Source of the DNA: an uncultured Bacilli bacterium
GTDB taxonomy: Bacteria > Bacillota_I > Bacilli_A > RF39 > UBA660
NCBI GenBank assembly: GCA_934086145.1
Contig: CAKOHV010000006.1
Span: 568 to 64,567 of the forward strand
Reading direction: 5' to 3'
Length of the DNA stretch: 64,000 nt
Shown here: one piece after another, positions 31,460 through 40,380 of the stretch
Layout: the number at the start of each line of letters is the position of its first letter
Numbering within the stretch: the stretch's first letter is position 1
Notes under the pieces: model-generated
What the model saw: only the letters and a program-made list of their open reading frames with translations
What the model was told of the DNA's origin: nothing
The model's database searches: none
Position numbers and translations under genes: made by a program

Positions 31460-32941
31460 TTATTTTTTTAAAGATAAATTGTAATTATCTTCGTAAGCCT
31501 TTAAGTTACCTAGCTCTAAATTTTGTAATGATGCTGCTATAGCATCTGTTTCCCATCTCATAAATGGATTGTCTAGTGTTTCACTATATTGTTCTGGTCC
31601 ATTTATTGTAGGGAATGTTAATTTACCTTCAGTATCATATTCAGCTTTTTGTGCAATTTCATCAGCACATTCAACATTCAATAATCTTAAAATATCTTCT
31701 ATATTTACAATAGCCTCACCAGCTTGTCTATTTTGTACTGTGTAGTCTTCCTGAACGCCATCAACACGTCCTACTTGGTACATTAGACCAAACATATGAA
31801 GTAAACTACCATCATTTATGTTTCCTAATCCAGAGAAATTATTGATGTTGTATGTTACTTCGTCAATTGTATAACCATCACCATACATTATATCTGCTAA
31901 GCTTTGTGTTAAGCTATTATAAATCTTAATAAACTCTTCTCTATCTGTTGTTCTCATCATCTTGTTATAGTTATCTCCAAACCATTGTAGGTAAGGATAG
32001 CAGTAACTATCACCCATTAATAATGAGTCTACCCAATCGAAATCAGGCATTGTACTTAAATCTTCTTCAACCATTTCTTTTGTTACAACATCACTATTAG
32101 CCATGTAGTTTATCATATCTAGTGTTTGTGTAGATGATAATGGTCCACAAACGAAGTCTAAGAATCTATCAACAATCGTAAATGCATCAGCCTCATCTTC
32201 TGGCATGTACGCAGCATTCATAAATAAGATAATATCTTTTATTTCTTCAACTGTATAAGCATTTCCTGTTCTTAAATTTAAAATTCCAACTTGATTATAA
32301 TAATCAGCAACTTTAGTAGCCTTTTCAGTTACTACCGCATCATCAGTAGCATCCCCAAAGTTTTTGATTTCAACCTTAGTAGCCTTTTGATCAGCTGTTT
32401 CATTTTTACTAGCAGCTTCTTCAACTGTTTCTGTTTCTGTATTTACTTCTAAATTTGATTCTGCTGCAACTGCTTCTTTAGTTACATTAGCTTCTTGAAC
32501 AGCAACTGTTTTACTTGCAGTAATAAAATCTCTGTAGTTTCTTAAGTCATTTTCAATATTACCAGTCCACCATAATGGAAGTTGAACACCATCATTTTCA
32601 AATGTAACTCCTAATGAAAGCATTTCTTTTTCTGTAATGGTACTATCAAAAGTTACTCCTTCACTGATTTCACTATTAACAGCGTCTTTAAAACTATTAA
32701 TAGTTGCATCATCAATTCCATAATTTTTTAATGCTCCAATTAAGCTACTTTCATCACTTAAGTTTCCTTCTGTTAAACTAGCAGCAGCCACTTCCGTATA
32801 ATTAGTTAGAGTATTTGAAGCACAACCTGTCAAAGTACTAGCCATGATTGAAGCTGCCATTCCCATAGGTGCAATACATTTCTTTGCCTTAAGAACAATT
32901 CCATCTAAAGCTTGTTCTACTTTTTCAACTTTAAGTTTCAT
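31460..32941 (-). CDS. Putative lipoprotein (493 aa), probably co-transcribed with the Cys-repeat protein
   Basis: N-terminal ...MAASIMASTLTG|CASN lipobox. Its stop lies 17 nt upstream of the start of the next gene. No family recognised. Confidence 0.65.
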   Translation of the reverse strand: MKLKVEKVEQALDGIVLKAKKCIAPMGMAASIMASTLTGCASNTLTNYTEVAAASLTEGNLSDESSLIGALKNYGIDDATINSFKDAVNSEISEGVTFDSTITEKEMLSLGVTFENDGVQLPLWWTGNIENDLRNYRDFITASKTVAVQEANVTKEAVAAESNLEVNTETETVEEAASKNETADQKATKVEIKNFGDATDDAVVTEKATKVADYYNQVGILNLRTGNAYTVEEIKDIILFMNAAYMPEDEADAFTIVDRFLDFVCGPLSSTQTLDMINYMANSDVVTKEMVEEDLSTMPDFDWVDSLLMGDSYCYPYLQWFGDNYNKMMRTTDREEFIKIYNSLTQSLADIMYGDGYTIDEVTYNINNFSGLGNINDGSLLHMFGLMYQVGRVDGVQEDYTVQNRQAGEAIVNIEDILRLLNVECADEIAQKAEYDTEGKLTFPTINGPEQYSETLDNPFMRWETDAIAASLQNLELGNLKAYEDNYNLSLKK

Positions 32942-33182
32942 ATAAATCCCCCTCTAAGCAACTCAAATAAATTTATAAATCGAATATAGATTAACATAGC
33001 CGTTTTCTCTTGTCAATCTTACCTCAATATAGTGCATATAATAAGGAAATAACACTTTGTTAAGTTGCCTTTTTCTCCTTTATTGCTTGAATTATAGCAC
33101 TATGTTAAAACAATGTCAAAAATATCTAAGTTGCAAAAAATTAATTATTTTTTTTAATTGTTGTGGTATAATACTAGCACAT

Positions 33183-33547
33183 GGGGTAGACTGGTTTCGA
33201 CAGGATATTTCTGGGTATGAATGCAAGTGGTAGGAATACCTAAAATTCAAAATTAAAATAAAATGACGAAACTTCTTATAGTTTCGCTCCTAATGCATTA
33301 GCATTTGCCTAATATAAGGTAACGGAGCACTCTGATTTATTTTTATCTATAGGATAAATTAAGGGTTAATATATATAGGTTATATTAAGGGAAATCTTAC
33401 ATTCTCTTGATGAATTTTTAGTAAGATAGTTAAAGAATCGGGTACGTTATAGCCTTATCTTTAATGAAATTAAAAATCTAACTAAACTTGTAGATTTTGT
33501 ATTACAAGGTATCTTGGACAGGGGTTCAATTCCCCTCTACTCCACCA
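33183..33547 (+). ncRNA. ssrA: tmRNA (ssrA)
   Basis: 5' GGGGTAGACTGGTTTCGACAGG and 3' GGACAGGGGTTCAATTCCCCTCTACTCCACCA form a tRNA-like domain. The internal tag ORF 33265-33312 encodes DETSYSFAPNALAFA plus a stop. Confidence 0.93.
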
Positions 33548-33612
33548 GTGGCGAATTAGTTCGAACATTCGAACTTTAATATATAGATCAATCAGAAATG
33601 ATTGATTTTTTT
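33548..33612 (+). repeat. Two-hairpin 3' trailer/terminator module, copy 1 (after tmRNA)
   Basis: agttcg-aacatt-cgaact, then tatata, then atcaatca-gaaa-tgattgat plus a T run. Nearly the same module occurs at 43407-43469 and on the reverse strand at 52664-52731. Confidence 0.8.
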
Positions 33613-33726
33613 AAAGGTAAACGATTATTTATATATTGATATTAATTATAAAGATAAATTTAAAATAAAAAACAATTACATTATAGATAGATTATAATTT
33701 TTATACTATACTTAATATAATAGGAT

Positions 33727-34974
33727 GTGAGTATTATGGATTTTAAACAAGACAATCCAACTTTTGATATTGTGGCTATTCAAAATCATTTACAAGAAAG
33801 AAGCAAAACGTATCTAATGTTAATTAAAAATGAATATGGAGCTTTTATGTCTTTAGAACAAAATCAATTTTTAAGCCAACTCTTGTCAAAAGAATGTGTT
33901 AAAGTTGAACCTAATGGTCGCGAATATTTAGCAAACCAAGCCAATGAGATAAATAATTCACCCAATATGAGCCCTGAAGAAAAAGAGCAAGAAATAAAAA
34001 AATTAACTATCCCGATTGCCCATGGTGGCAGAGTCTTTGAAGATAATATAGTTCATTTTTATCCATCTAGGTTATTATCTAACAACCCTAAGCTATCAAC
34101 TGACGAATTGAAGCAAAAGTGTGAGTCTGTATTGATTCACGAATTATTTCACTTTTTCATTAGACCTGAATATTTAGACATAACCACCAAGCCAGAATTA
34201 AAAGGGATTAATAATTTTACCACAGAAGGTCTTGTTGACATGTGTGCTAGAGACATTCAACAAAAATATGGCTTATTTCCCAACTATGGTTCAGATTATG
34301 GCTCTAATGTAATTTTTGTTAGAGAAGCCTTATCAAACATTCCTAATGTATCAGATAGAATGCAATTGATATTTAAAGACACGATGGCTCAAATATATGA
34401 ACAAACGTCGACTCCAACGTATAACGCTCAACAACAATTTATTGCTTCTAGAGATAAACAAACCAAATTTGATAAATTGATTTCTAATTTATCCAAGATT
34501 TATTATTCTGAGGATAGAAAAGCCGCAAGTGTTCAAAGGGTTTTATATAATTTCTCAGCTAACTTTAAAAATAAAGCTGAATCAATTGAAGGAATAGAGA
34601 AAATGAGTCAACAACAATTTAGTGACAAAATGCCGTTAGTTAAGCAGCAAACAAATGAATATAAAAATAGTCCTGAAAGTAAAACTAATGCAACAAATAC
34701 CAACTTAAATAAAATGCCGGCTGTTACTTCAACCAAAGAATCATTTACTAAAAGAAGTAATAGTGAAATTAAGATTGCTGAACAAATAAAAATCAAAAAC
34801 CAAGCCTTCGCCAAGCAGAAAATACAGGAAAAACAAGTTGAAAAACCTAAAACTTTGACAAAAACTAAGCCTAATTCTTCTAATAATGGTTACATTAACA
34901 TTGCCGTTTTAGCTTTAATTATAAATGTGGTTGTGGGAATGCTAAACGTTATAATGTACTTAGTTATAAAATAA
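33727..34974 (+). CDS. Tail-anchored protein with an HExxH zincin-like head
   Basis: No N-terminal signal peptide. VLIHELFHFF, then FTTEGLVD about 30 aa later. K/Q/N-rich linker and a single TM at the extreme C-terminus (GYINIAVLALIINVVVGMLNVIMYLVIK). The start may instead be the ATG at 33736. Confidence 0.6.
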   Translation: MSIMDFKQDNPTFDIVAIQNHLQERSKTYLMLIKNEYGAFMSLEQNQFLSQLLSKECVKVEPNGREYLANQANEINNSPNMSPEEKEQEIKKLTIPIAHGGRVFEDNIVHFYPSRLLSNNPKLSTDELKQKCESVLIHELFHFFIRPEYLDITTKPELKGINNFTTEGLVDMCARDIQQKYGLFPNYGSDYGSNVIFVREALSNIPNVSDRMQLIFKDTMAQIYEQTSTPTYNAQQQFIASRDKQTKFDKLISNLSKIYYSEDRKAASVQRVLYNFSANFKNKAESIEGIEKMSQQQFSDKMPLVKQQTNEYKNSPESKTNATNTNLNKMPAVTSTKESFTKRSNSEIKIAEQIKIKNQAFAKQKIQEKQVEKPKTLTKTKPNSSNNGYINIAVLALIINVVVGMLNVIMYLVIK

Positions 34975-35184
34975 TCCTATCAAATAAATGTTTTTTCTAA
35001 AGTAGTCTCCGCCCGTAATATTTTTAGATAGACCAAGCTCACAATAACGTTCTTCTATACTTATACTAACTAACTATCCTTAGAATACATAGTAACATTA
35101 TTATTAAATTTTTCTTTCCAATTATGATAAATAATATATTAACGATGTTATTACTAGAATAATATTAAATAATTTCTTGTATAA

Positions 35185-35892
35185 TATCAAAAATATATTG
35201 ACGATATTAATAATAATCCTCATCTTGAAAGTGTTGTTAATGTCGGTCTTAATATCGAAACTTCTCCTGAAGCAATTGCTATCTCCAAAACAATCCCAAA
35301 ATTTTATTCGACAATAGGTATACATCCCTTATATATTGAATCTCAAGATGCAAATGAGTTATATCACTTAGCTTCTGATGATAAAGTTTTAGCCATTGGT
35401 GAAATTGGTTTGGATACATCACATGATAACCTTTATGAACAGAAAAAATACTTACTTAAACAAATTATTATTGCTAATGAATTAAAATTGCCAGTTATTA
35501 TTCATGCTAGTAATACAAACTCATTAGTAATAGAAATTTTTGAAAAATACGTAAAACCTAAGTATGGTTGTGTTTTTCATTGCTTTCAGCCAGATCTAAA
35601 TATTTTAAAATATTTAGTAGAGCAGGGGTACTATATATCTTTTGCCGGTCGAGTAACCTATAAAAATGCTAAAAAGTCTATTGAAGTAGCCCAAGTGATT
35701 CCTGATGAATTGTTCTTAGTTGAAACAGATAGTCTTTATATTTCACCAGAACCGTTGCGAAATGAAATTAACAAATCTGCTAACATTTAATTTATTATAA
35801 ATAGACTTGCTGAAATAAAAAATAAAAGTTACTCAGAAATAGAAGAAGCTACTACGCAAAATACTAAGAGATTATTTAAAAGAATGAAATAA
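35185..35892 (+). pseudogene. tatD: tatD-family hydrolase pseudogene (N-terminally truncated, internal TAA)
   Basis: The frame is open from 35185 but lacks a start codon and the N-terminal HxH motif. It reads ...VVNVG...GIHP...EIGLD...VIIHAS...HCF...ETDSLY...ANI, then TAA at 35788-35790, then continues in frame as FIINRLAEIKNKSYSEIEEATTQNTKRLFKRMK, the usual TatD C-terminus. Confidence 0.75.
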
Positions 35893-36057
35893 GCCATCTT
35901 TCTACTTCAATATTTTCTTTTTATATAAAATATTCCCAATTAATATATAAAGTTGTGAATAACCAGGCGTTTATTCACAACTTTATACACTAAAGATAAA
36001 AATTATATTAGAAAAACTTCCAAAGTATGATATACTATATTAGAAATTACTATTTTT

Positions 36058-36133
36058 GCCGGCATAGCTCAATCGGTAGAGCAGCTGAATCGTAATCAGA
36101 AGGTTGGGGGTTCAATTCCTCTTGCTGGCACCA
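36058..36133 (+). tRNA. tRNA-Thr (anticodon CGT)
   Basis: 76-nt cloverleaf: acceptor GCCGGCA/TGCTGGC, D arm GCTCAATCGGTAGAGC, anticodon arm GCTGA-ATCGTAA-TCAGA, T arm with GGTTCAATTCC, and an encoded CCA. Confidence 0.92.
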
Positions 36134-36339
36134 GATTGATATTAAACTCGAACTTTTCGAGCTAACATAAAAACTACTCTCAAATTAAATTGGAAGTAGT
36201 TTTATTTTGTTAATTTAATAACACTTTCGTCCGTGACATCATCAATTAATGAGGGATAAGCAAATATCTTCCAGCTATTTGTTTATATATTAAAATAACA
36301 TCTAATATAGTATAATTAAATAGAAATGGAGATAATAAA

Positions 36340-37095
36340 ATGAATATAGATTTTAAAGACAAAGTGATACTTGTAACTGGATCAACATCTGGAATAGGCC
36401 GACAAATTGCTAAACAATTATTAGAAAATCAAGCAAATGTGATAATTACTTATGGACATAATGAAAAAATGGCTGAAGAAACTATGCAAGAGCTTTCTAA
36501 GTATAAAGAAAATATTTTTCTAATTAAAGCAGATTTATCAAATGCAAATGATGTTGATATGATGTTTGATGAGGTTACTAAAAAATATGATAAGCTAGAT
36601 GGCTTAGTAAATTGTGCCGCATACGATAAAATATTATCTATTGAAGATTTAACAGTTGAAGAATATAGACACGAATTAGATGTAAATGTTGTTGCAAGAT
36701 GGCAATGTATAAAAAATGCCATTCCATTAATGAAAAAGTCTGATGCGCCTAGAATCGTCAATATTGCTTCAAGACTTGGAACGAGACCTATGGAAGATTC
36801 AGTAGCTTATTGTACTAGTGAAGCGGCAACTATTATGCTTACACAATGTTGCGCTTTAGAACTAGCTAAAGATAATATTAGAGTAAATACAGTTAGTCCA
36901 TCTTTAACCCTTACTCCTCTTGGAATGAAAAGTTATACAGCTGATGAAATTCAAGCAACTGCTGAAAAAAATCCTAGTAAAAGACTAGGAAAAACAGAAG
37001 ATACAGCTAATTTAGTTTTGTTCTTATTAAGTGATAAAGCAGATTACATTAATGGTGAAAATGTAAATGTAAATGGTGGAATATTGTTAAAATAA
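36340..37095 (+). CDS. Short-chain dehydrogenase/reductase family protein (FabG-like) with a YxxxE in place of the catalytic YxxxK
   Basis: TGSTSGIGRQIA cofactor motif, NIASRLG Ser, then AYCTSEAA where the consensus is YxxSK. Confidence 0.8.
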   Translation: MNIDFKDKVILVTGSTSGIGRQIAKQLLENQANVIITYGHNEKMAEETMQELSKYKENIFLIKADLSNANDVDMMFDEVTKKYDKLDGLVNCAAYDKILSIEDLTVEEYRHELDVNVVARWQCIKNAIPLMKKSDAPRIVNIASRLGTRPMEDSVAYCTSEAATIMLTQCCALELAKDNIRVNTVSPSLTLTPLGMKSYTADEIQATAEKNPSKRLGKTEDTANLVLFLLSDKADYINGENVNVNGGILLK

Positions 37096-37379
37096 TAATG
37101 CCATCTATTTAATTCAAAAAACGTAAAACCATTAAAAAATATTTTTTGTATAATGTGTAATTTAATTAAAATAGATTTCAGTATAACATTATGGTTATAC
37201 TGTTTTTTTGAAAATATGAAAAAATAAAATAACAAAAGCAGATTTATATAAAAATAATTAATCAATTGATTAATTATTCGGACAACAAGACACTATTATT
37301 TTAGAAGTTATAGATATTCTATTGACGATTCTTCCCATAACTAAAAATGTTTTGTCATAAACTATAAAAATTATATGCT

Positions 37380-38108
37380 TTATCTTCTCTTTATAGAGTT
37401 TTCAATTTCAATTGATAAATCCCTTTCAAGGGGAGTTGTACCGCTCAGTGTAAAATCATCAGTCACTCCATAATTAAATTGAAATTTAGGATTAAAAACA
37501 AATTTTTTATTTCTAACATCTAAATGTCCTATACAAAATTGTGTTGGGATAACTATTCTTTCAAAATACGTTTTTGGTACTTGTTTATCTTCAAAATAAT
37601 CGTAATGTGTATCCGTTATTCCATATTGCCTATATTCCCTTGAACCAGTAAAGTACTTAGATACCACAAATAAACACGTTGTCCCAGCTCCACTTCTATT
37701 AATATCGGGATTACTAAGACTACCAAAATCCAAGTTACATTAAGTGTTTTCAAAAAAATGTTGTGTATCAGCCAGTTCGTCTGTTATGGAAGTATACCAT
37801 CTTTCATGTTGCCCACCATTGTAAATAGATGTTCTTATTTTATCACCGGCGTCATCTGTGTAGTATTCGGTGGCAATAGGTTTGTTTTTTAGTATATCAG
37901 TCGGTATATTATCAATTTTATCAGAATAAACAATAAATCCATTCTACATTATATTATCTGCTGATTTTAAATCAGTTGCATGTTGATAAATAATATGATC
38001 TGATTTTTTACAAACTTCATATATTTTTTTTATTAATGAATAAACATTTTCACCATAATATAATCTTGCTTCTTCGTCAGTCATAGTTCTCATTTTTTCG
38101 TAATTCAT
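37380..38108 (-). pseudogene. Unknown gene interrupted by two in-frame stop codons (TAG at codon 55, TAA at codon 123)
   Basis: A single reverse-strand frame runs from ATG at 38108: MNYEKMRTMTDEEARLYYGEN...ADNIM, TAG (37946-37944), NGFIVYSDKIDNIP...QHFFENT, TAA (37742-37740), CNLDFGSLSNPDINRSGAGTT...IKRR. I translated it codon by codon and found no frameshift. Confidence 0.7.
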
Positions 38109-38416
38109 TACTTTCACCTCTAATTATATTAAATATACTATAAATTATTTAAGGAGAAAAGTTGTAGGTTACTGCGGCAACATTACCATTGTCAAATCCG
38201 TTACTCGTTTCGAACTATGAATAATTTAATTTTAAAACAAAACTGATTTTTTAATTGGTAAAATTTTTTGTTTATTTTGATACTAGTGCCCGATACTTAG
38301 TGATTAAATTGTTTTTCATGTCTGATATTGCGACCATTATATTCATTTGTTATAATAAAAAAATATTGTTGATATAGAGGGATATTGTTATAAAAAAGTA
38401 TTACAAATTTTGGGAA

Positions 38417-39193
38417 ATGATTTTAGCATTAAGAGAAGAATATAAAGAATGTAGTTGTATGTTAAATGAATTAAAAAAATGTGTAAATGTTAAAACAGAT
38501 AATAAGAATTTTTATTTTACGGGCCTACTTGCAGATGATGAAAAAGATTCAGGCGTAAGCTTAAATGATAAAAAAATAATATTATATATCGAAAAAAATC
38601 ACCTTAATATTTTGAAAAAAATTCAATATTTAAGATATGATTGGTACTCTCATTTTTTATATAGTACGTTTTTTGAGGTCACTCAAAATGATAATGGTTT
38701 ATACGGATTTAAATACGATGATATATTAACTCCTGTTGATAAAAAAAGATATAAACCAGAAATTCAAATAGTTGATCAAGTAACTTTTTCTAAGCTTATA
38801 GATGAATTATTTTCTTCTGATTTAATGCAATTAAAAAAAGCGACTTTTTTTACTAATCATGATTTTATTTCTTTAAATTTTGATAATGCATTTATTGGAA
38901 CGACATTGGGTGATAAGTCATTCATGGGATGGAATGGTACTAGTGACGACTTTAATTACTCAATAAATAGGCATAATAGTCCTTCTTTAATAGGAGATAT
39001 TCTTTCTTTAGAAATGCCGGCTGATAAAATATCTTTAGAGTGGTTAAATCTATTAGAAAAGTATGAGAATGTTTTTGAAAATGAATTTTCTTTTGATATC
39101 GATAGGAATGCTCAAGCTAAAAAAGGAACTTTGCAAATTTATGATATTCAAGAAAAGGGTAGTAGAAATATTGTTAAATTATTAAAAAAATAA
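38417..39193 (+). CDS. Hypothetical protein (258 aa)
   Basis: Intact ORF with its own terminator at 39278-39304. No motif recognised. Confidence 0.55.
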   Translation: MILALREEYKECSCMLNELKKCVNVKTDNKNFYFTGLLADDEKDSGVSLNDKKIILYIEKNHLNILKKIQYLRYDWYSHFLYSTFFEVTQNDNGLYGFKYDDILTPVDKKRYKPEIQIVDQVTFSKLIDELFSSDLMQLKKATFFTNHDFISLNFDNAFIGTTLGDKSFMGWNGTSDDFNYSINRHNSPSLIGDILSLEMPADKISLEWLNLLEKYENVFENEFSFDIDRNAQAKKGTLQIYDIQEKGSRNIVKLLKK

Positions 39194-39277
39194 AAAAATC
39201 TATATACTTAGTAAAAGCAAAAAATGATTATGTAAAAAGATGTAATTATCTATTTTAGTAGTTCAAAGATGATACTT

Positions 39278-39304
39278 AACTCAAACTTTTCTTGTTTGAG
39301 TTTT
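39278..39304 (+). terminator. Rho-independent terminator
   Basis: aactcaaac-ttttctt-gtttgagtt followed by Ts. Confidence 0.7.
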
Positions 39305-39371
39305 AATAAGCCTAAATGTGTGCTATAATAGCGAACAATTTTTGAATATATTTGTTAATTACGGAGGAGCT

Positions 39372-40310
39372 ATGGAAGATATTGAAAAAAGTATTGCCGC
39401 CAGCAAAGCGTTTCTTTTTGATGGTAAAGTTGTTGATTCAAGATATAATCGTGTTTGGTTTGGAGCTACTGAGAATATTCGTGAATACTTTGAATTAATG
39501 AACTGGGAACAAGTAAAAAAGGTTTTAACAGTTTGCTCAAGTGGGGATCATATTCTAAACTTAATTAATAAAGGAATACCTGAAATAGATTCTTTTGATA
39601 TAAATCCCTTAACATTTCCTTATTTAAATTTAAGAATGGCATTTATTATGGCTTTTACTTATGAAGATTATTTTAAATTTTTTAATAAATTAAGTATTGC
39701 CAGTCGCAACGAAATTCAAGAATATGAAATTTTTTCTCGTATTAAACCATATCTTAAAGTACCTTACAATGTCTTTTGGGAAGAACTTTTTCATGAGAAT
39801 ATGATGAAAAACAAACATAATAGTATTGAACCAGGATTATTAGGAAAATATTGTAGGAATTACATTCCTTTTTGTACTAGTAGACTAAGAAATCTGTGGT
39901 TATATGATAAAAATGCCTATGAAACAACTAAAGAAAACTTAACAAAGTGTACAATAACTTTTAAATGTGCTAATTTACTAGATCTTCCACGTCTTTTTTC
40001 TAAAGGATATGACAAAATATTATTATCAAATATTGCAGATTATCTTCTTATGTCTTCCAATGATTTTGATAATTTTATTAGAACTTACCTGGCGCCAATG
40101 TTAAATACGGATGGTTCAATTTTAGCAGCTTATATATACCATTTTATTGATAATGATAAATATAGAGGACTTCATTTTAAAAACAGCTACGATTGTAATT
40201 TTTCTCCTTCAACTAATGAGTATCAAGTATTTGAAGTGAATAATATTGATGATTTCGGTTCTTATGAATATGGTAGTAAAGATGCTGTATTAATGTATAA
40301 AAAAAGGTAA
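39372..40310 (+). CDS. DUF3419/BtaA-like SAM-dependent-methyltransferase-fold protein
   Basis: An extended -10 (TGcTATAAT at 39321-39329) and GGAGG precede the ATG at 39372. VLTVCSSGDHILNLI...IDSFDINPLTFPYLNLRMAFIMAFTYEDYFKFF resembles the DUF3419 pattern (SaGcN...DlNp.Q..L..LK). Confidence 0.5.
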   Translation: MEDIEKSIAASKAFLFDGKVVDSRYNRVWFGATENIREYFELMNWEQVKKVLTVCSSGDHILNLINKGIPEIDSFDINPLTFPYLNLRMAFIMAFTYEDYFKFFNKLSIASRNEIQEYEIFSRIKPYLKVPYNVFWEELFHENMMKNKHNSIEPGLLGKYCRNYIPFCTSRLRNLWLYDKNAYETTKENLTKCTITFKCANLLDLPRLFSKGYDKILLSNIADYLLMSSNDFDNFIRTYLAPMLNTDGSILAAYIYHFIDNDKYRGLHFKNSYDCNFSPSTNEYQVFEVNNIDDFGSYEYGSKDAVLMYKKR

Positions 40311-40380
40311 CTTTAAAAATATATCAAGCTATTGCCATTAATTTAAGTCTATCTTTGCCTAATGCATAGCATCTAACTGA

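Noticed and set aside
35131-35215. Two imperfect ~24-bp direct repeats upstream of the tatD remnant as a regulatory operator pair or MITE ends.
   Set aside because: They match at only about 20 of 24 nt, are AT-rich and are not inverted. They are more simply explained as scars of the rearrangement that removed the tatD 5' end. They are mentioned under the tatD finding instead.
35788-37946. Possibility that TAA/TAG are reassigned sense codons, or TGA is Trp as in Mollicutes, given in-frame stops in two genes.
   Set aside because: More than 70 genes in the window, including all ribosomal proteins, terminate with TAA/TAG/TGA exactly where homologs end, and the next gene starts a few nt later. 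The conserved Trp I spot-checked (in L2) is TGG, and no conserved gene contains an in-frame TGA. The two affected genes also show other signs of decay, so they are pseudogenes.
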